From NCBI GenBank assembly GCA_035544635.1, contig DATKDQ010000053.1:1-48402 (forward strand): a stretch of DNA of 48,402 bases, read 5' to 3'. Both the position numbers and the translations under genes were made by a program. The notes under the pieces are model-generated. The model was not told the origin of the DNA. It ran no database searches and saw nothing but the letters and a program-made list of their open reading frames with translations. This stretch comes from Thermoanaerobaculia bacterium (GTDB lineage Bacteria; Acidobacteriota; Thermoanaerobaculia; Multivoradales; Multivoraceae). Shown here in pieces: positions 11,126 to 19,401 of the stretch. The stretch's first letter is position 1. Every line of letters begins with the position of its first letter.

Positions 11126-11869
11126 ATGTCTCTGCCGACCATCGCCGTGGTGCTCGCGGCGGGCAAGGGTACTCGCATGCGCTCACCGTTGCCGAAGGTC
11201 CTTCATCGAGCGGCGGGGCGCAGCTTGCTGGACTGGGTGATCGCCGCTGCGCGCGCCGTTCCGTGCGATCGCATCGTGGTGGTCTACGGGCACGGCGCCT
11301 CCGCGGTGCGACAGTCCTTCGCCGGCGCGCGTGACCTCGAGTGGGCGATCCAGGCCGAGCAACACGGCACCGGGCACGCGCTCGCCCAGGCGGAGAGCGC
11401 GATCCGCGGCGCGGCGCGGCTCCTCGTCCTCTCCGGCGACGTGCCGCTGCTGCGGCCGCCGACGCTGCGCCGCCTGCTCGAAGAGGCGTCGCGAGCCTGG
11501 GGCGCCCTGGCGGTGGCCGAGCTGGCCGATCCCGGCGAGCTGGGTCGTGTGGTGGCGGGAGACGGCGGCGGTCTCGAGCGCATCATCGAGGCCCGCGACG
11601 CCGCTCCCGACCAGCTGCGCCACCGTACCGTGAACGCTGGCCTCTATGCGCTTCCAGCGCCCGCCGTCTTCGGCTATCTTCGACGCGTGCGTCCCGACAA
11701 CACCCAGCACGAGATCTATCTCCCCGATGCGCTGAACCTCGCCGCCGCTGACGGCCTCGACCTCCGCTGCGTGCCGCTCGAAGACCCCAGCGAGGCGTGG
11801 GGAGTCAACACGCCCGAGCACCTCGAGCAGGTGGACGCCGTCCTCCGGGCGCGCGGTCCCGCCGTCTGA
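11126..11869 (+). CDS. GlmU-like sugar-1-phosphate nucleotidyltransferase, N-terminal (pyrophosphorylase) domain only
   Basis: AVVLAAGKGTRMRSPLPKVLH (the LAAGxGTRM signature) and QAEQHGTGHA. It ends at 247 aa without a left-handed beta-helix acetyltransferase domain. Confidence 0.8.
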   Translation: MSLPTIAVVLAAGKGTRMRSPLPKVLHRAAGRSLLDWVIAAARAVPCDRIVVVYGHGASAVRQSFAGARDLEWAIQAEQHGTGHALAQAESAIRGAARLLVLSGDVPLLRPPTLRRLLEEASRAWGALAVAELADPGELGRVVAGDGGGLERIIEARDAAPDQLRHRTVNAGLYALPAPAVFGYLRRVRPDNTQHEIYLPDALNLAAADGLDLRCVPLEDPSEAWGVNTPEHLEQVDAVLRARGPAV

Positions 11870-11885
11870 GCCGCTACCAGCCGTC

Positions 11886-14072
11886 GTGGATATAGCTCGC
11901 TCGCTCAACGAGGATCAGATCGCCGCCGTCACCCACGGCGAGGGGCCGCAGCTGGTGTTGGCGGGCGCCGGGTCCGGCAAGACGCGGGTGATCACGTACC
12001 GCATCGGATGGCTGGTCGAGTCGCGCGATGTCGACCCGGCGCGCGTCGTGGCGGTGACGTTCACCAACAAGGCAGCGGCCGAGATGCGGCATCGCGTAGA
12101 GGCGCTCCTCGCGCGGTCGCCGCTCGAGGGGTTCGTCGGGACGTTCCACCGCTTCGGCCTCCTGATGCTGCGCCGGTACGCTGAGCACGCCGGTCTCGAG
12201 CCCGGCTTCATGGTCTTCGACGACGCCGACCAGATCGCCCTGGTGAAGCGCGCGTTGGAAGAGGAAGGAATGGCCGAGGGCGCCTATCCGCCGCGCGCGA
12301 TGCTGGCCCGGATCAGCGACGCCAAGAGCAAGCTGCTCGATCCGGAGTCCTACGCCGCCTCGACCTCGGGATTCTTCGAGGAGCGACTGGCGCGCGTTTA
12401 CCGTCGCTACCAGCATCTGCTCAAGCGCGCGTCGGCGGTGGACTTCGACGACCTGATCGGGCTTCCGGTGCGGCTCCTCTCGGGGGACCACGAAGTCGCC
12501 GCTCGGATCAAGGGACGGATCAGGCACCTTCTGGTGGACGAGTTCCAGGACACCAACCACGCTCAGCTTCGGCTGGTACGCGAGCTGGTCGGGCCCGCCG
12601 GCAACCTCACCGCCGTCGGCGACGAGGACCAGGGGATCTACCGCTGGCGCGGCGCGGACCTCGACAACGTCCTGCACTTCGAGCGCTCGTTCCCCGGCGC
12701 CGTGGTGCGCAAGCTGGAACGCAACTACCGCTCGACGCAGACCATCCTCGACGCCGCCGGCGAGCTGGTGGCGCACAACCGGAAGCGGCGCGGCAAGCGC
12801 CTGTGGACCGATGCCGGCCGCGGCGAACCGATCGAGCTGTATCGCGCGCGCGACGAGATGGACGAGGCGCTCTGGGTGGTGGGGCGGGCGGCCGATCTCG
12901 CCCGGACCGGAACGCCCTGGCGCGAGATCGCGATCCTGGTGCGGACCAACGCCCAGACGCGGGCGCTCGAGGAGGAGCTGCTGCGCACGCGGACGCCGTA
13001 CGTCCTGATCGGAGGCACCCGCTTCTACGAGCGCGCGGAGGTCAAGGATGTGGTCGCCTACCTGCGCGCGATCTGGGACCCCCGCGACGAGCTGTCGATG
13101 GCGCGGATCGTGAACCAGCCCCCGCGCGGGATCGGCAAGGCGACGCAGCGGCTGCTCGAGGAGGAAGCCGAGCGCGCCGGCCTGCCGGTGTGGGACCTGC
13201 TGGCCCTGGATCGGCTCGACAGCCTGCCGGGCAAGAGTGCCCGTGCGCTGCGGTCGTTCCGCGATCTGCTGGTCGAGCTGCACGCCGATCTCGACCGCCT
13301 GCCCGCCTTCGAGCTGCTCGAGAAGCTTCTCGACCGGTCGGGTCTCCTGCTCCTCTACGACCGGCCGGACGCCGAGTCCGAAGCGCGGCGCGAGAATCTA
13401 CAGGAGTTCCTGTCGGCGGCACAGGAGCTGCTGTCGCGCGATCCGGCGCGGCGGGAGCTCCCGGCCCGCGAGACCCTCCCCGACCTGCTCGACCACATCG
13501 CGCTGGTGGCCGATCTCGACGGCTGGAAGGTCGAGCGCGGCCTGGCCGTCCTGACGCTTCACAGCGCCAAGGGGCTCGAGTTCCGCGCCGTGTTCGTCAC
13601 CGGGCTCGAAGGCGGCGTGCTGCCTCACTACAACGCTCAGGATCGGCCGGACGACATCGAAGAGGAGCGCCGGCTGCTCTACGTCGGCATGACCCGCGCG
13701 CGCGAGCGCCTCCACCTGTCGGCGTGCCGGCGCCGCCGCGTCGCCGGGCGCTTCCAGGACCAGGAGCCATCGCCCTTCCTGGATGAGATCCCGGGGCTCC
13801 TGGTCGAGGGGCAGGGCGGTCCGTCGCACCGCTACGACCACGAGCGTACGCGCGGCGTCGCCGCCTTCTTCGGCCGCCGCGAGGACCGCACCTGTTCGCA
13901 GGAGGAGCGGCCGCTGGCCAAGGGCCGACGGGTCCGCCACCCGCAGCTCGGCGAAGGCGTCGTGCTGTCGGTCGAAGGTCAGGGCGAGGCGATGAAGCTC
14001 ACCGTGTTCTTCGAGCGCGACGGGAAGCGGAAGCTGATTGCGAAGTACGCGAATCTCGAGCTGGTGCGGTAG
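11886..14072 (+). CDS. uvrD: ATP-dependent DNA helicase, UvrD/PcrA/Rep family (SF1A)
   Basis: Walker A AGAGSGKTRV, DExx LLVDEFQDTN, NYRST, TLHSAKGLEF and YVGMTRAR motifs. Confidence 0.9.
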   Translation: MDIARSLNEDQIAAVTHGEGPQLVLAGAGSGKTRVITYRIGWLVESRDVDPARVVAVTFTNKAAAEMRHRVEALLARSPLEGFVGTFHRFGLLMLRRYAEHAGLEPGFMVFDDADQIALVKRALEEEGMAEGAYPPRAMLARISDAKSKLLDPESYAASTSGFFEERLARVYRRYQHLLKRASAVDFDDLIGLPVRLLSGDHEVAARIKGRIRHLLVDEFQDTNHAQLRLVRELVGPAGNLTAVGDEDQGIYRWRGADLDNVLHFERSFPGAVVRKLERNYRSTQTILDAAGELVAHNRKRRGKRLWTDAGRGEPIELYRARDEMDEALWVVGRAADLARTGTPWREIAILVRTNAQTRALEEELLRTRTPYVLIGGTRFYERAEVKDVVAYLRAIWDPRDELSMARIVNQPPRGIGKATQRLLEEEAERAGLPVWDLLALDRLDSLPGKSARALRSFRDLLVELHADLDRLPAFELLEKLLDRSGLLLLYDRPDAESEARRENLQEFLSAAQELLSRDPARRELPARETLPDLLDHIALVADLDGWKVERGLAVLTLHSAKGLEFRAVFVTGLEGGVLPHYNAQDRPDDIEEERRLLYVGMTRARERLHLSACRRRRVAGRFQDQEPSPFLDEIPGLLVEGQGGPSHRYDHERTRGVAAFFGRREDRTCSQEERPLAKGRRVRHPQLGEGVVLSVEGQGEAMKLTVFFERDGKRKLIAKYANLELVR

Positions 14073-14172
14073 CGTACGGAACGTGCTGAGTAGTTCTCCA
14101 TCGGCTGTGGCCGACCACCGGTGGAGGAAAGCCGGACTTTCTCATTAGTTTTCCCGCCGGCACGTTCCGCGG

Positions 14173-14715
14173 CTACGCCATATAGTCGTCGCGGAGGAGG
14201 GCGTAGAGATAGTGGTCCACGCGGCGCCCCGCGAGGATGAAGTAGCCGCGCAGCCTTCCTTCGCGCTGGAACCGCGTCTTCTCGAGCACGCGCTGAGACG
14301 CCACGTTCTCGACCGAGCATCGCGCCTCGATGCGGTAGAGCGAGGTGTGGAGGAAGAGCTCGGGGACGAGCTGCGTCAGCGCCTGCGGCATGATCCCTCG
14401 TCCCTGGAACTGCGAGGACAGCGCGAAGCCGAGCTCGCACAACCCGTGCTCCCAGTTCGCGACCACCAGCGTGATCCAGCCGGCCGGCTCGCGGCCCACC
14501 TCGATGACCCACTGGAACCGCTCGCCGCGCGAGCCGTAGAGGTCCTCCATGTTCTGCGCGGCGACGTCGGCGCGGATCTGCGACAGGGCGATGTCGCGCA
14601 GCGGCTGATGGCGGCGCACGCTGGGCTCGGCGCGCCATCCGCGAAACAGCGGAGCGTCCGAGATTCTCGCCGGTCTCAAGCTGACGACGGAGGGGACCGG
14701 TTTCGGCGCGGTCAC
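14173..14715 (-). CDS. GNAT-family N-acetyltransferase (RimJ/RimL-like)
   Basis: QFQGRGIM acetyl-CoA loop and RIEARCSVENVASQRVLEKTRFQREG, typical of the RimJ/L subfamily. Lies 9 nt downstream of the GT2 gene on the same strand. Confidence 0.85.
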   Translation of the reverse strand: MTAPKPVPSVVSLRPARISDAPLFRGWRAEPSVRRHQPLRDIALSQIRADVAAQNMEDLYGSRGERFQWVIEVGREPAGWITLVVANWEHGLCELGFALSSQFQGRGIMPQALTQLVPELFLHTSLYRIEARCSVENVASQRVLEKTRFQREGRLRGYFILAGRRVDHYLYALLRDDYMA

Positions 14716-14724
14716 GACTGAGAT

Positions 14725-16272
14725 CTAGTCTACCCCTGCGCTCCCGCGGGAGGCGAGGCGCGACCCGGCTCGCGGCGGCGGATCGTCCCTCCCGGCGGCA
14801 CGCCGGAGGGCCGCCGTCGCGGTCCAGGCCCGCCGCTCGCGCCACGACCAGAGGGAGACCCAGGCGTAGCCGTGGAGAAAAAGCGCGAGAAAAGGCACGG
14901 CGAGCCACATGCCCAGGCCCGCGGCCGCGAGTGTCGCGCCGAGGAAGTAGAGCGCGAAGGCGGCCTCGAGGGCGAGGGTCGGGCTCGCCGCCGCGCGGTA
15001 GCGCACCACTCGGCGTCGCGCTGGGCGCTCGGCGTCGCGGTACTTCGGTGTGCGCACGAAGACGCCGCCGCGGGCGAGGAGACCGGACAGCACCGCCCGC
15101 GCATTGTTGAGCGACAGCCCGATGCCGAGGCCGAAGAGCGCCGGCAGGAGCCGGAGCGGCCGGCGCTCCCCGCTCGGCGACAGGCGCTGGCTCGCGAGGT
15201 AGTAGCCGACGATCGAAGCGGTTGCGCCGGCGAAGAGCGGCAGGTCGAAGGCCAGGAGCTTCCACTGCTCGCTGTCGCGGCGCGCGAGCATGGCGGGGAA
15301 GATGAGCACCGCGAGCAGAACCATGAGCAGGTAGCTTCCGTTCGCAGTCAGATGAACGCAGGCCTCGAGCTTGCGCCACCACGGCTCGGCCGATGCGAGC
15401 ACCCGACCGAGCAGCTTGCGGGCGGTCTGGATCGAGCCCATGGCCCATCGATGCTGCTGGGTCTTCCAGGCTTCGACCGAAGCCGGCAGCTCCGAGGGCA
15501 CGGCGAGGTCGGGCAGGTACACGAAGCGCCAGCCACGCAGCTGTGCGCGATAGGACAGGTCGAGGTCCTCGGTCAGCGTGTCATGCTGCCAGCCGCCCGC
15601 GTCGACGATGGTCTCGCGCCGCCAGACGCCCGCCGTCCCGTTGAAGTTCCACAGCCGTCCGCTGGCGTGTCGCGCGGTGTGCTCGATCAGGAAGTGGCCG
15701 TCGAGGAGCATCGCCTGCACGCGCGTCAGGAGCGACTGCCGCCGGTTCAGGTGCTCCCAGCGCGCCTGCACCATCCCGACCTCCGGTTCGCGGAACCACG
15801 GGACCGCCTCGCGGAGAAACCCGGGCGGCGGCACGAAGTCGGCGTCGAAGACCGCGATCAGCTCCCCCGACGCCTGCTCGAGGCCGGCCTGGAGCGCGCC
15901 GGCCTTGTATCCGGAGCGGACGGCGCGAGGCAGGTAGCGCACGTCGGTGCCCCGGGCCCGCTGGCGCCGGCTCGCGCGCTCGAGCACGATCGCGGTTTCG
16001 TCGTCGGAGTCGTCGAGCACCTGGATTTCGAGCAGATCGCGCGGGTACTCGAGCCGGCAGGCGGCCTCGAGCAGGCGGGGAGCGACGTAGAGCTCGTTGT
16101 AGAGTGGGAGCTGCACCGTCACCCGCGGCCAGCGCGCGGGAGCCGGAGGCGGCGCGGGAGCTCGTCGATGTCTCCGGTACAGCGCGAGCAGCAGGGCGCG
16201 ATGCAGGCCGTAGAGCGCGAGCACGCCCAGCGTGACGTAGTAGAGCGGCAGGATCAGATCCTGGATCGACAT
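14725..16272 (-). CDS. Processive family-2 glycosyltransferase (cellulose-synthase/CslA/NodC-like, D,D,D,QxxRW)
   Basis: N-terminal TM, VLDDSDD, FDADF and the QQHRW motif, followed by several C-terminal TM helices. Confidence 0.85.
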   Translation of the reverse strand: MSIQDLILPLYYVTLGVLALYGLHRALLLALYRRHRRAPAPPPAPARWPRVTVQLPLYNELYVAPRLLEAACRLEYPRDLLEIQVLDDSDDETAIVLERASRRQRARGTDVRYLPRAVRSGYKAGALQAGLEQASGELIAVFDADFVPPPGFLREAVPWFREPEVGMVQARWEHLNRRQSLLTRVQAMLLDGHFLIEHTARHASGRLWNFNGTAGVWRRETIVDAGGWQHDTLTEDLDLSYRAQLRGWRFVYLPDLAVPSELPASVEAWKTQQHRWAMGSIQTARKLLGRVLASAEPWWRKLEACVHLTANGSYLLMVLLAVLIFPAMLARRDSEQWKLLAFDLPLFAGATASIVGYYLASQRLSPSGERRPLRLLPALFGLGIGLSLNNARAVLSGLLARGGVFVRTPKYRDAERPARRRVVRYRAAASPTLALEAAFALYFLGATLAAAGLGMWLAVPFLALFLHGYAWVSLWSWRERRAWTATAALRRAAGRDDPPPRAGSRLASRGSAGVD

Positions 16273-16289
16273 CGCGCTGCTCGTGGCCG

Positions 16290-17696
16290 GTGAGCTGGCG
16301 GCGACACCCCCTCGCGGCGGCGGCGCCCCTGGTGCTGGCGGCGGCGGCCCTGCTCTGGCTCCACGACCTCGAGGCCAGGCCGTGGGCTACCCTTGCCGTC
16401 CTGACCGCCGCCGTGGCGGCGTTCGCGCACGCGATCGTCCGGCTCCGCGGCACCACCCTCGGCGCGCCGCTCTTGGTGCTGGTCGCTCTCGCCCTCCGGC
16501 TCTGTCTGCTGCCCCTCCCTCCCACGCTGTCGGACGACGTCTATCGCTACCTCTGGGATGGCCGGGTCGCCGCGGCGGGACGGAATCCCTACTTCCACTC
16601 ACCCGACGATACGGATCTCGCCCCGCTGCGGGACGTGATGTGGGAGCGGGTCGGGCACCGTGAGGTGGAGACCGTCTACCCGCCCTTTGCGATCGCGGCG
16701 TTCAGTATAGCGGCGCGCTTGCCCCGCCCGCTCCTGGCGTGGAAGGCGATGCTCACCACCGTCGACCTGCTCTCCTGCCTCCTGTTGCTGTGGCTCGCAC
16801 GCGCCCGGGGGGTCCCCACCGGTCGGTGCGTCGCTTATGCCTGGAACCCGCTGGTGGTGCTCGAGGTGGCAGGCATGGCGCACGTCGACGCGCTCGGCGT
16901 CGCGCCGCTCCTCGCCGCCGCGCTCCTCCTCGTCGAGCACCGGGGCGAGACTCCGCCGCTCGCGCGTGAGGAGGCGTCCCGGGCGCCCTTCCCGTATGGA
17001 CCGACCGGGCTCCGGCGAGGTCTCGCCGCCGGCGCCCTACTCGGCCTCGCCATCCTCGCCAAGCTGGTGCCCCTCCTGGTCCTGCCCGCCTGGACTCGGG
17101 CCTCGCTACGCCGGGCGCTGTTCGTGCTCGGCGCCCTGGGGCTGGTGGCGCTCGCCACCGTTCCGTTCGCTCTCGGCGCGCCGGGACCTCCCCCCGGCCT
17201 GGTCACCTACGCGGTGTCCTGGGAGTTCAACGGCCCTCTGTTCGAGCCGCTCTGGCGGGTCCTCGATGCGGCCGGTGCTGCGCCCTGGCTCAAGGCGCGG
17301 ATCGACGGTCTCAAGGAAGCGACGGGGCGCCACGATGCATGGAACCGCGTGTACCCATTCGTCTATCCGCAGCTGCTCGCCAAGGCGCTCCTCGCCCTGG
17401 CGCTCGTTGCCGTGACGGCGGCGTCGCTTCGCCGCGCCGACCCCGTCGAGGCGGCGTTCCTGGTCTTCGCCGGCATGCTGCTCCTCTCGGCCACGGTCTA
17501 TCCCTGGTACGCGTTATGGGTGCTGCCCTGGGCGGCACTCTTGTGGCGGGTGCCGTGGCTGATCCTGTCCTCGAGCCTGTTTCTGGCCTATCTCCCGCGT
17601 CTCCTCGATGTACCCTTGCTGCCGTGGCCCTTCCTGTTGGTGTGGTGTCCATTCCTGATCGGGCTCTGGTGGGCACGGTCGCGAGCTACCGGCTGA
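16290..17696 (+). CDS. GT-C fold polytopic membrane glycosyltransferase (DUF2029 / PIG-M / GT87-like)
   Basis: About 10 or more hydrophobic helices, with the first-loop acidic motif LSDDVYRYLWDGR characteristic of polyprenyl-phosphate-sugar-dependent GT-C enzymes. GTG 16290 start is uncertain (alternative GTG 16332). Confidence 0.7.
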   Translation: MSWRRHPLAAAAPLVLAAAALLWLHDLEARPWATLAVLTAAVAAFAHAIVRLRGTTLGAPLLVLVALALRLCLLPLPPTLSDDVYRYLWDGRVAAAGRNPYFHSPDDTDLAPLRDVMWERVGHREVETVYPPFAIAAFSIAARLPRPLLAWKAMLTTVDLLSCLLLLWLARARGVPTGRCVAYAWNPLVVLEVAGMAHVDALGVAPLLAAALLLVEHRGETPPLAREEASRAPFPYGPTGLRRGLAAGALLGLAILAKLVPLLVLPAWTRASLRRALFVLGALGLVALATVPFALGAPGPPPGLVTYAVSWEFNGPLFEPLWRVLDAAGAAPWLKARIDGLKEATGRHDAWNRVYPFVYPQLLAKALLALALVAVTAASLRRADPVEAAFLVFAGMLLLSATVYPWYALWVLPWAALLWRVPWLILSSSLFLAYLPRLLDVPLLPWPFLLVWCPFLIGLWWARSRATG

Positions 17697-18430
17697 CGGT
17701 TTCATACCTGGGCGCCGCCTACGGCGGATGGCAGCGCCAGGCCAACACCATCGGCGTTCAGGAGGTGGTGGAGACCGCGCTCGAGCGATTGGTGCGCGAG
17801 CCAGTGCGACTGGTGGCGGCCGGCCGTACCGACGCCGGCGTGCACGCGGCGGCCCAGGAGGCGCACGTCCGGCTGTCGCGCGCCTGGCCGTCGCGCGCCC
17901 TGGTCGAGGGATCGAACCACTACCTGCCGCCCGACGTCCGGCTGCTGCGCGCGATCCCGGTCGCGCCGGATTTCCACGCGCGCGCCTGGGCGGTGGCCAA
18001 GGAGTATCACTACCGCATGAGCCGCGCGCCGGTGCTGTCGCCGTTCGACGCGCCCACTACGGTGCGGATCGAGCCGCGGCTCGACCTCGAGCGGTTGGGG
18101 CACGCGGCGGCCCTGCTCGAAGGGCGGCACGACTTCCGCGCGTTCGCGCGGTCGGGCGGATCGCACCGCCACTCCTTCCGACGCGTGTTCCGAGCCGACG
18201 TGACCGAGTGCGGGCCTGGCGTTACGTTCCGCATCGTCGGCGACGGCTTCCTGCGCGGGATGGTCCGCGCCGTGGTCGGCAGCCTGCTGTGGGTTGCGCG
18301 GGGACGGCTCTCGCTCGAGCGCTGGGCGGCTCTGCTCGAAGGTGCGGAGCGGATCGGGGCGGGCCCGAGCGCGCCCGCGCGCGGCCTGGTCCTGGTGCGC
18401 GTCTTCTACCCGGACGAGCCCTCGTGGTAG
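17669..18430 (+). CDS. truA: tRNA pseudouridine(38-40) synthase
   Basis: YRLTVSYLGAAYGGWQRQ and the catalytic GRTDAGVHA. Start set at GTG 17669 (28-nt overlap with the upstream gene). The track ORF from 17339 is a frame extension through the GT-C gene. Confidence 0.9.
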   Translation: MGTVASYRLTVSYLGAAYGGWQRQANTIGVQEVVETALERLVREPVRLVAAGRTDAGVHAAAQEAHVRLSRAWPSRALVEGSNHYLPPDVRLLRAIPVAPDFHARAWAVAKEYHYRMSRAPVLSPFDAPTTVRIEPRLDLERLGHAAALLEGRHDFRAFARSGGSHRHSFRRVFRADVTECGPGVTFRIVGDGFLRGMVRAVVGSLLWVARGRLSLERWAALLEGAERIGAGPSAPARGLVLVRVFYPDEPSW

Positions 18431-18504
18431 CCGGAGGAGCGTGACCCCACCACGTTTCCGTAGGCGGCGCGAAGCGCCAGCGCCGTCCTCGGCGCCAAAG
18501 TCAT

Positions 18505-18544
18505 GATCCGGAGGAGCGTGCTATCCAGCACGCTCCTCCGGATC
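18505..18544. repeat. Perfect 18-bp-stem / 4-nt-loop hairpin, member of an intergenic repeat family (type H2)
   Basis: GATCCGGAGGAGCGTGCT-ATCC-AGCACGCTCCTCCGGATC. Preceded at 18480-18496 by the GC mini-hairpin GCGCCGTCCTCGGCGCC. Sibling copy at 27445-27489. Confidence 0.85.
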
Positions 18545-18583
18545 CCCTGTGATAGCTTTCGCCGGGATTCAGCGGATGAGCGG

Positions 18584-19384
18584 ATGATCGACCGGACCGC
18601 CCTGGCCGCGCCGGGAACCCCCGAAGAACAGCAGCTCCGCGAGATCGATCTCGAGCGCCTGCCGCGTCACGTCGCGGTGATCATGGACGGCAACGGGCGC
18701 TGGGCGACTCGCCGCTCGCTGCCGCGAGCCGAGGGGCACCGCGCCGGCGTGACCGCGGTACGCGAGACCGTGGAGACGGCTGCGCGGCTCGAGCTCGAGG
18801 TGCTCACGCTCTACGCCTTCTCGGTCGAGAACTGGCGCCGTCCGCGCTACGAGGTGTGGACGTTGATGAACCTGCTCAAGGAGTATCTGCGCCGCGAGCG
18901 CGAGGAGCTGGCCGAGAACGACATCCGGCTCAGGATCCTCGGCCGCGTGGAGGAGATGGATCCGTCGGTGAGGCGGGAGATCGACCGCGCGCTCGAGGCC
19001 ACGGCGCACTGCCGCGGCATGACGCTGAACGTTGCGCTCAACTACTCGGGACGCTGCGAGATCGTCGACGCCTGCCGGCGCGTGGTCGCCGACTGGGCTC
19101 GCGGCGAGCACGTCGAGATCGACGAGCGCACGCTCGGTCGTTACCTCTACACCTCCGATCAACCGGATCCCGATCTCGTCATCCGTACCTCGGGTGAGAT
19201 GCGGCTGTCGAACTTCCTGCTGTGGCAGATCGCCTACTCCGAGATCTGGGTGACGCCCACCTTGTGGCCGGACTTCCGGCGCCGCGACTTCTTCGACGCC
19301 ATCCTCGCGTACCAGACTCGCGATCGTCGCTACGGCACGATCGAGCGCGGCGAGAGCTCCGCCTCCGTCGGTCTTCTGGGGTAA
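18584..19384 (+). CDS. uppS: Isoprenyl transferase (undecaprenyl-diphosphate synthase)
   Basis: HVAVIMDGNGRWA, ...FSVENWRRP..., RTSGEMRLSNFLLWQ. ATG 18584 chosen because the track extension from 18503 is made of the repeat hairpin. Confidence 0.95.
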   Translation: MIDRTALAAPGTPEEQQLREIDLERLPRHVAVIMDGNGRWATRRSLPRAEGHRAGVTAVRETVETAARLELEVLTLYAFSVENWRRPRYEVWTLMNLLKEYLRREREELAENDIRLRILGRVEEMDPSVRREIDRALEATAHCRGMTLNVALNYSGRCEIVDACRRVVADWARGEHVEIDERTLGRYLYTSDQPDPDLVIRTSGEMRLSNFLLWQIAYSEIWVTPTLWPDFRRRDFFDAILAYQTRDRRYGTIERGESSASVGLLG

Positions 19385-19401
19385 GACGGGGCGCGATCGG
19401 G

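Noticed and set aside
18503-18583. N-terminal 27-codon extension of uppS in the supplied ORF track (MIRRSVLSSTLLRIPCDS...)
   Set aside because: The extension is encoded by the palindromic repeat hairpin itself (hence the mirrored peptide). It has no RBS and is absent from UppS family N-termini. ATG 18584 gives a normal-length protein.
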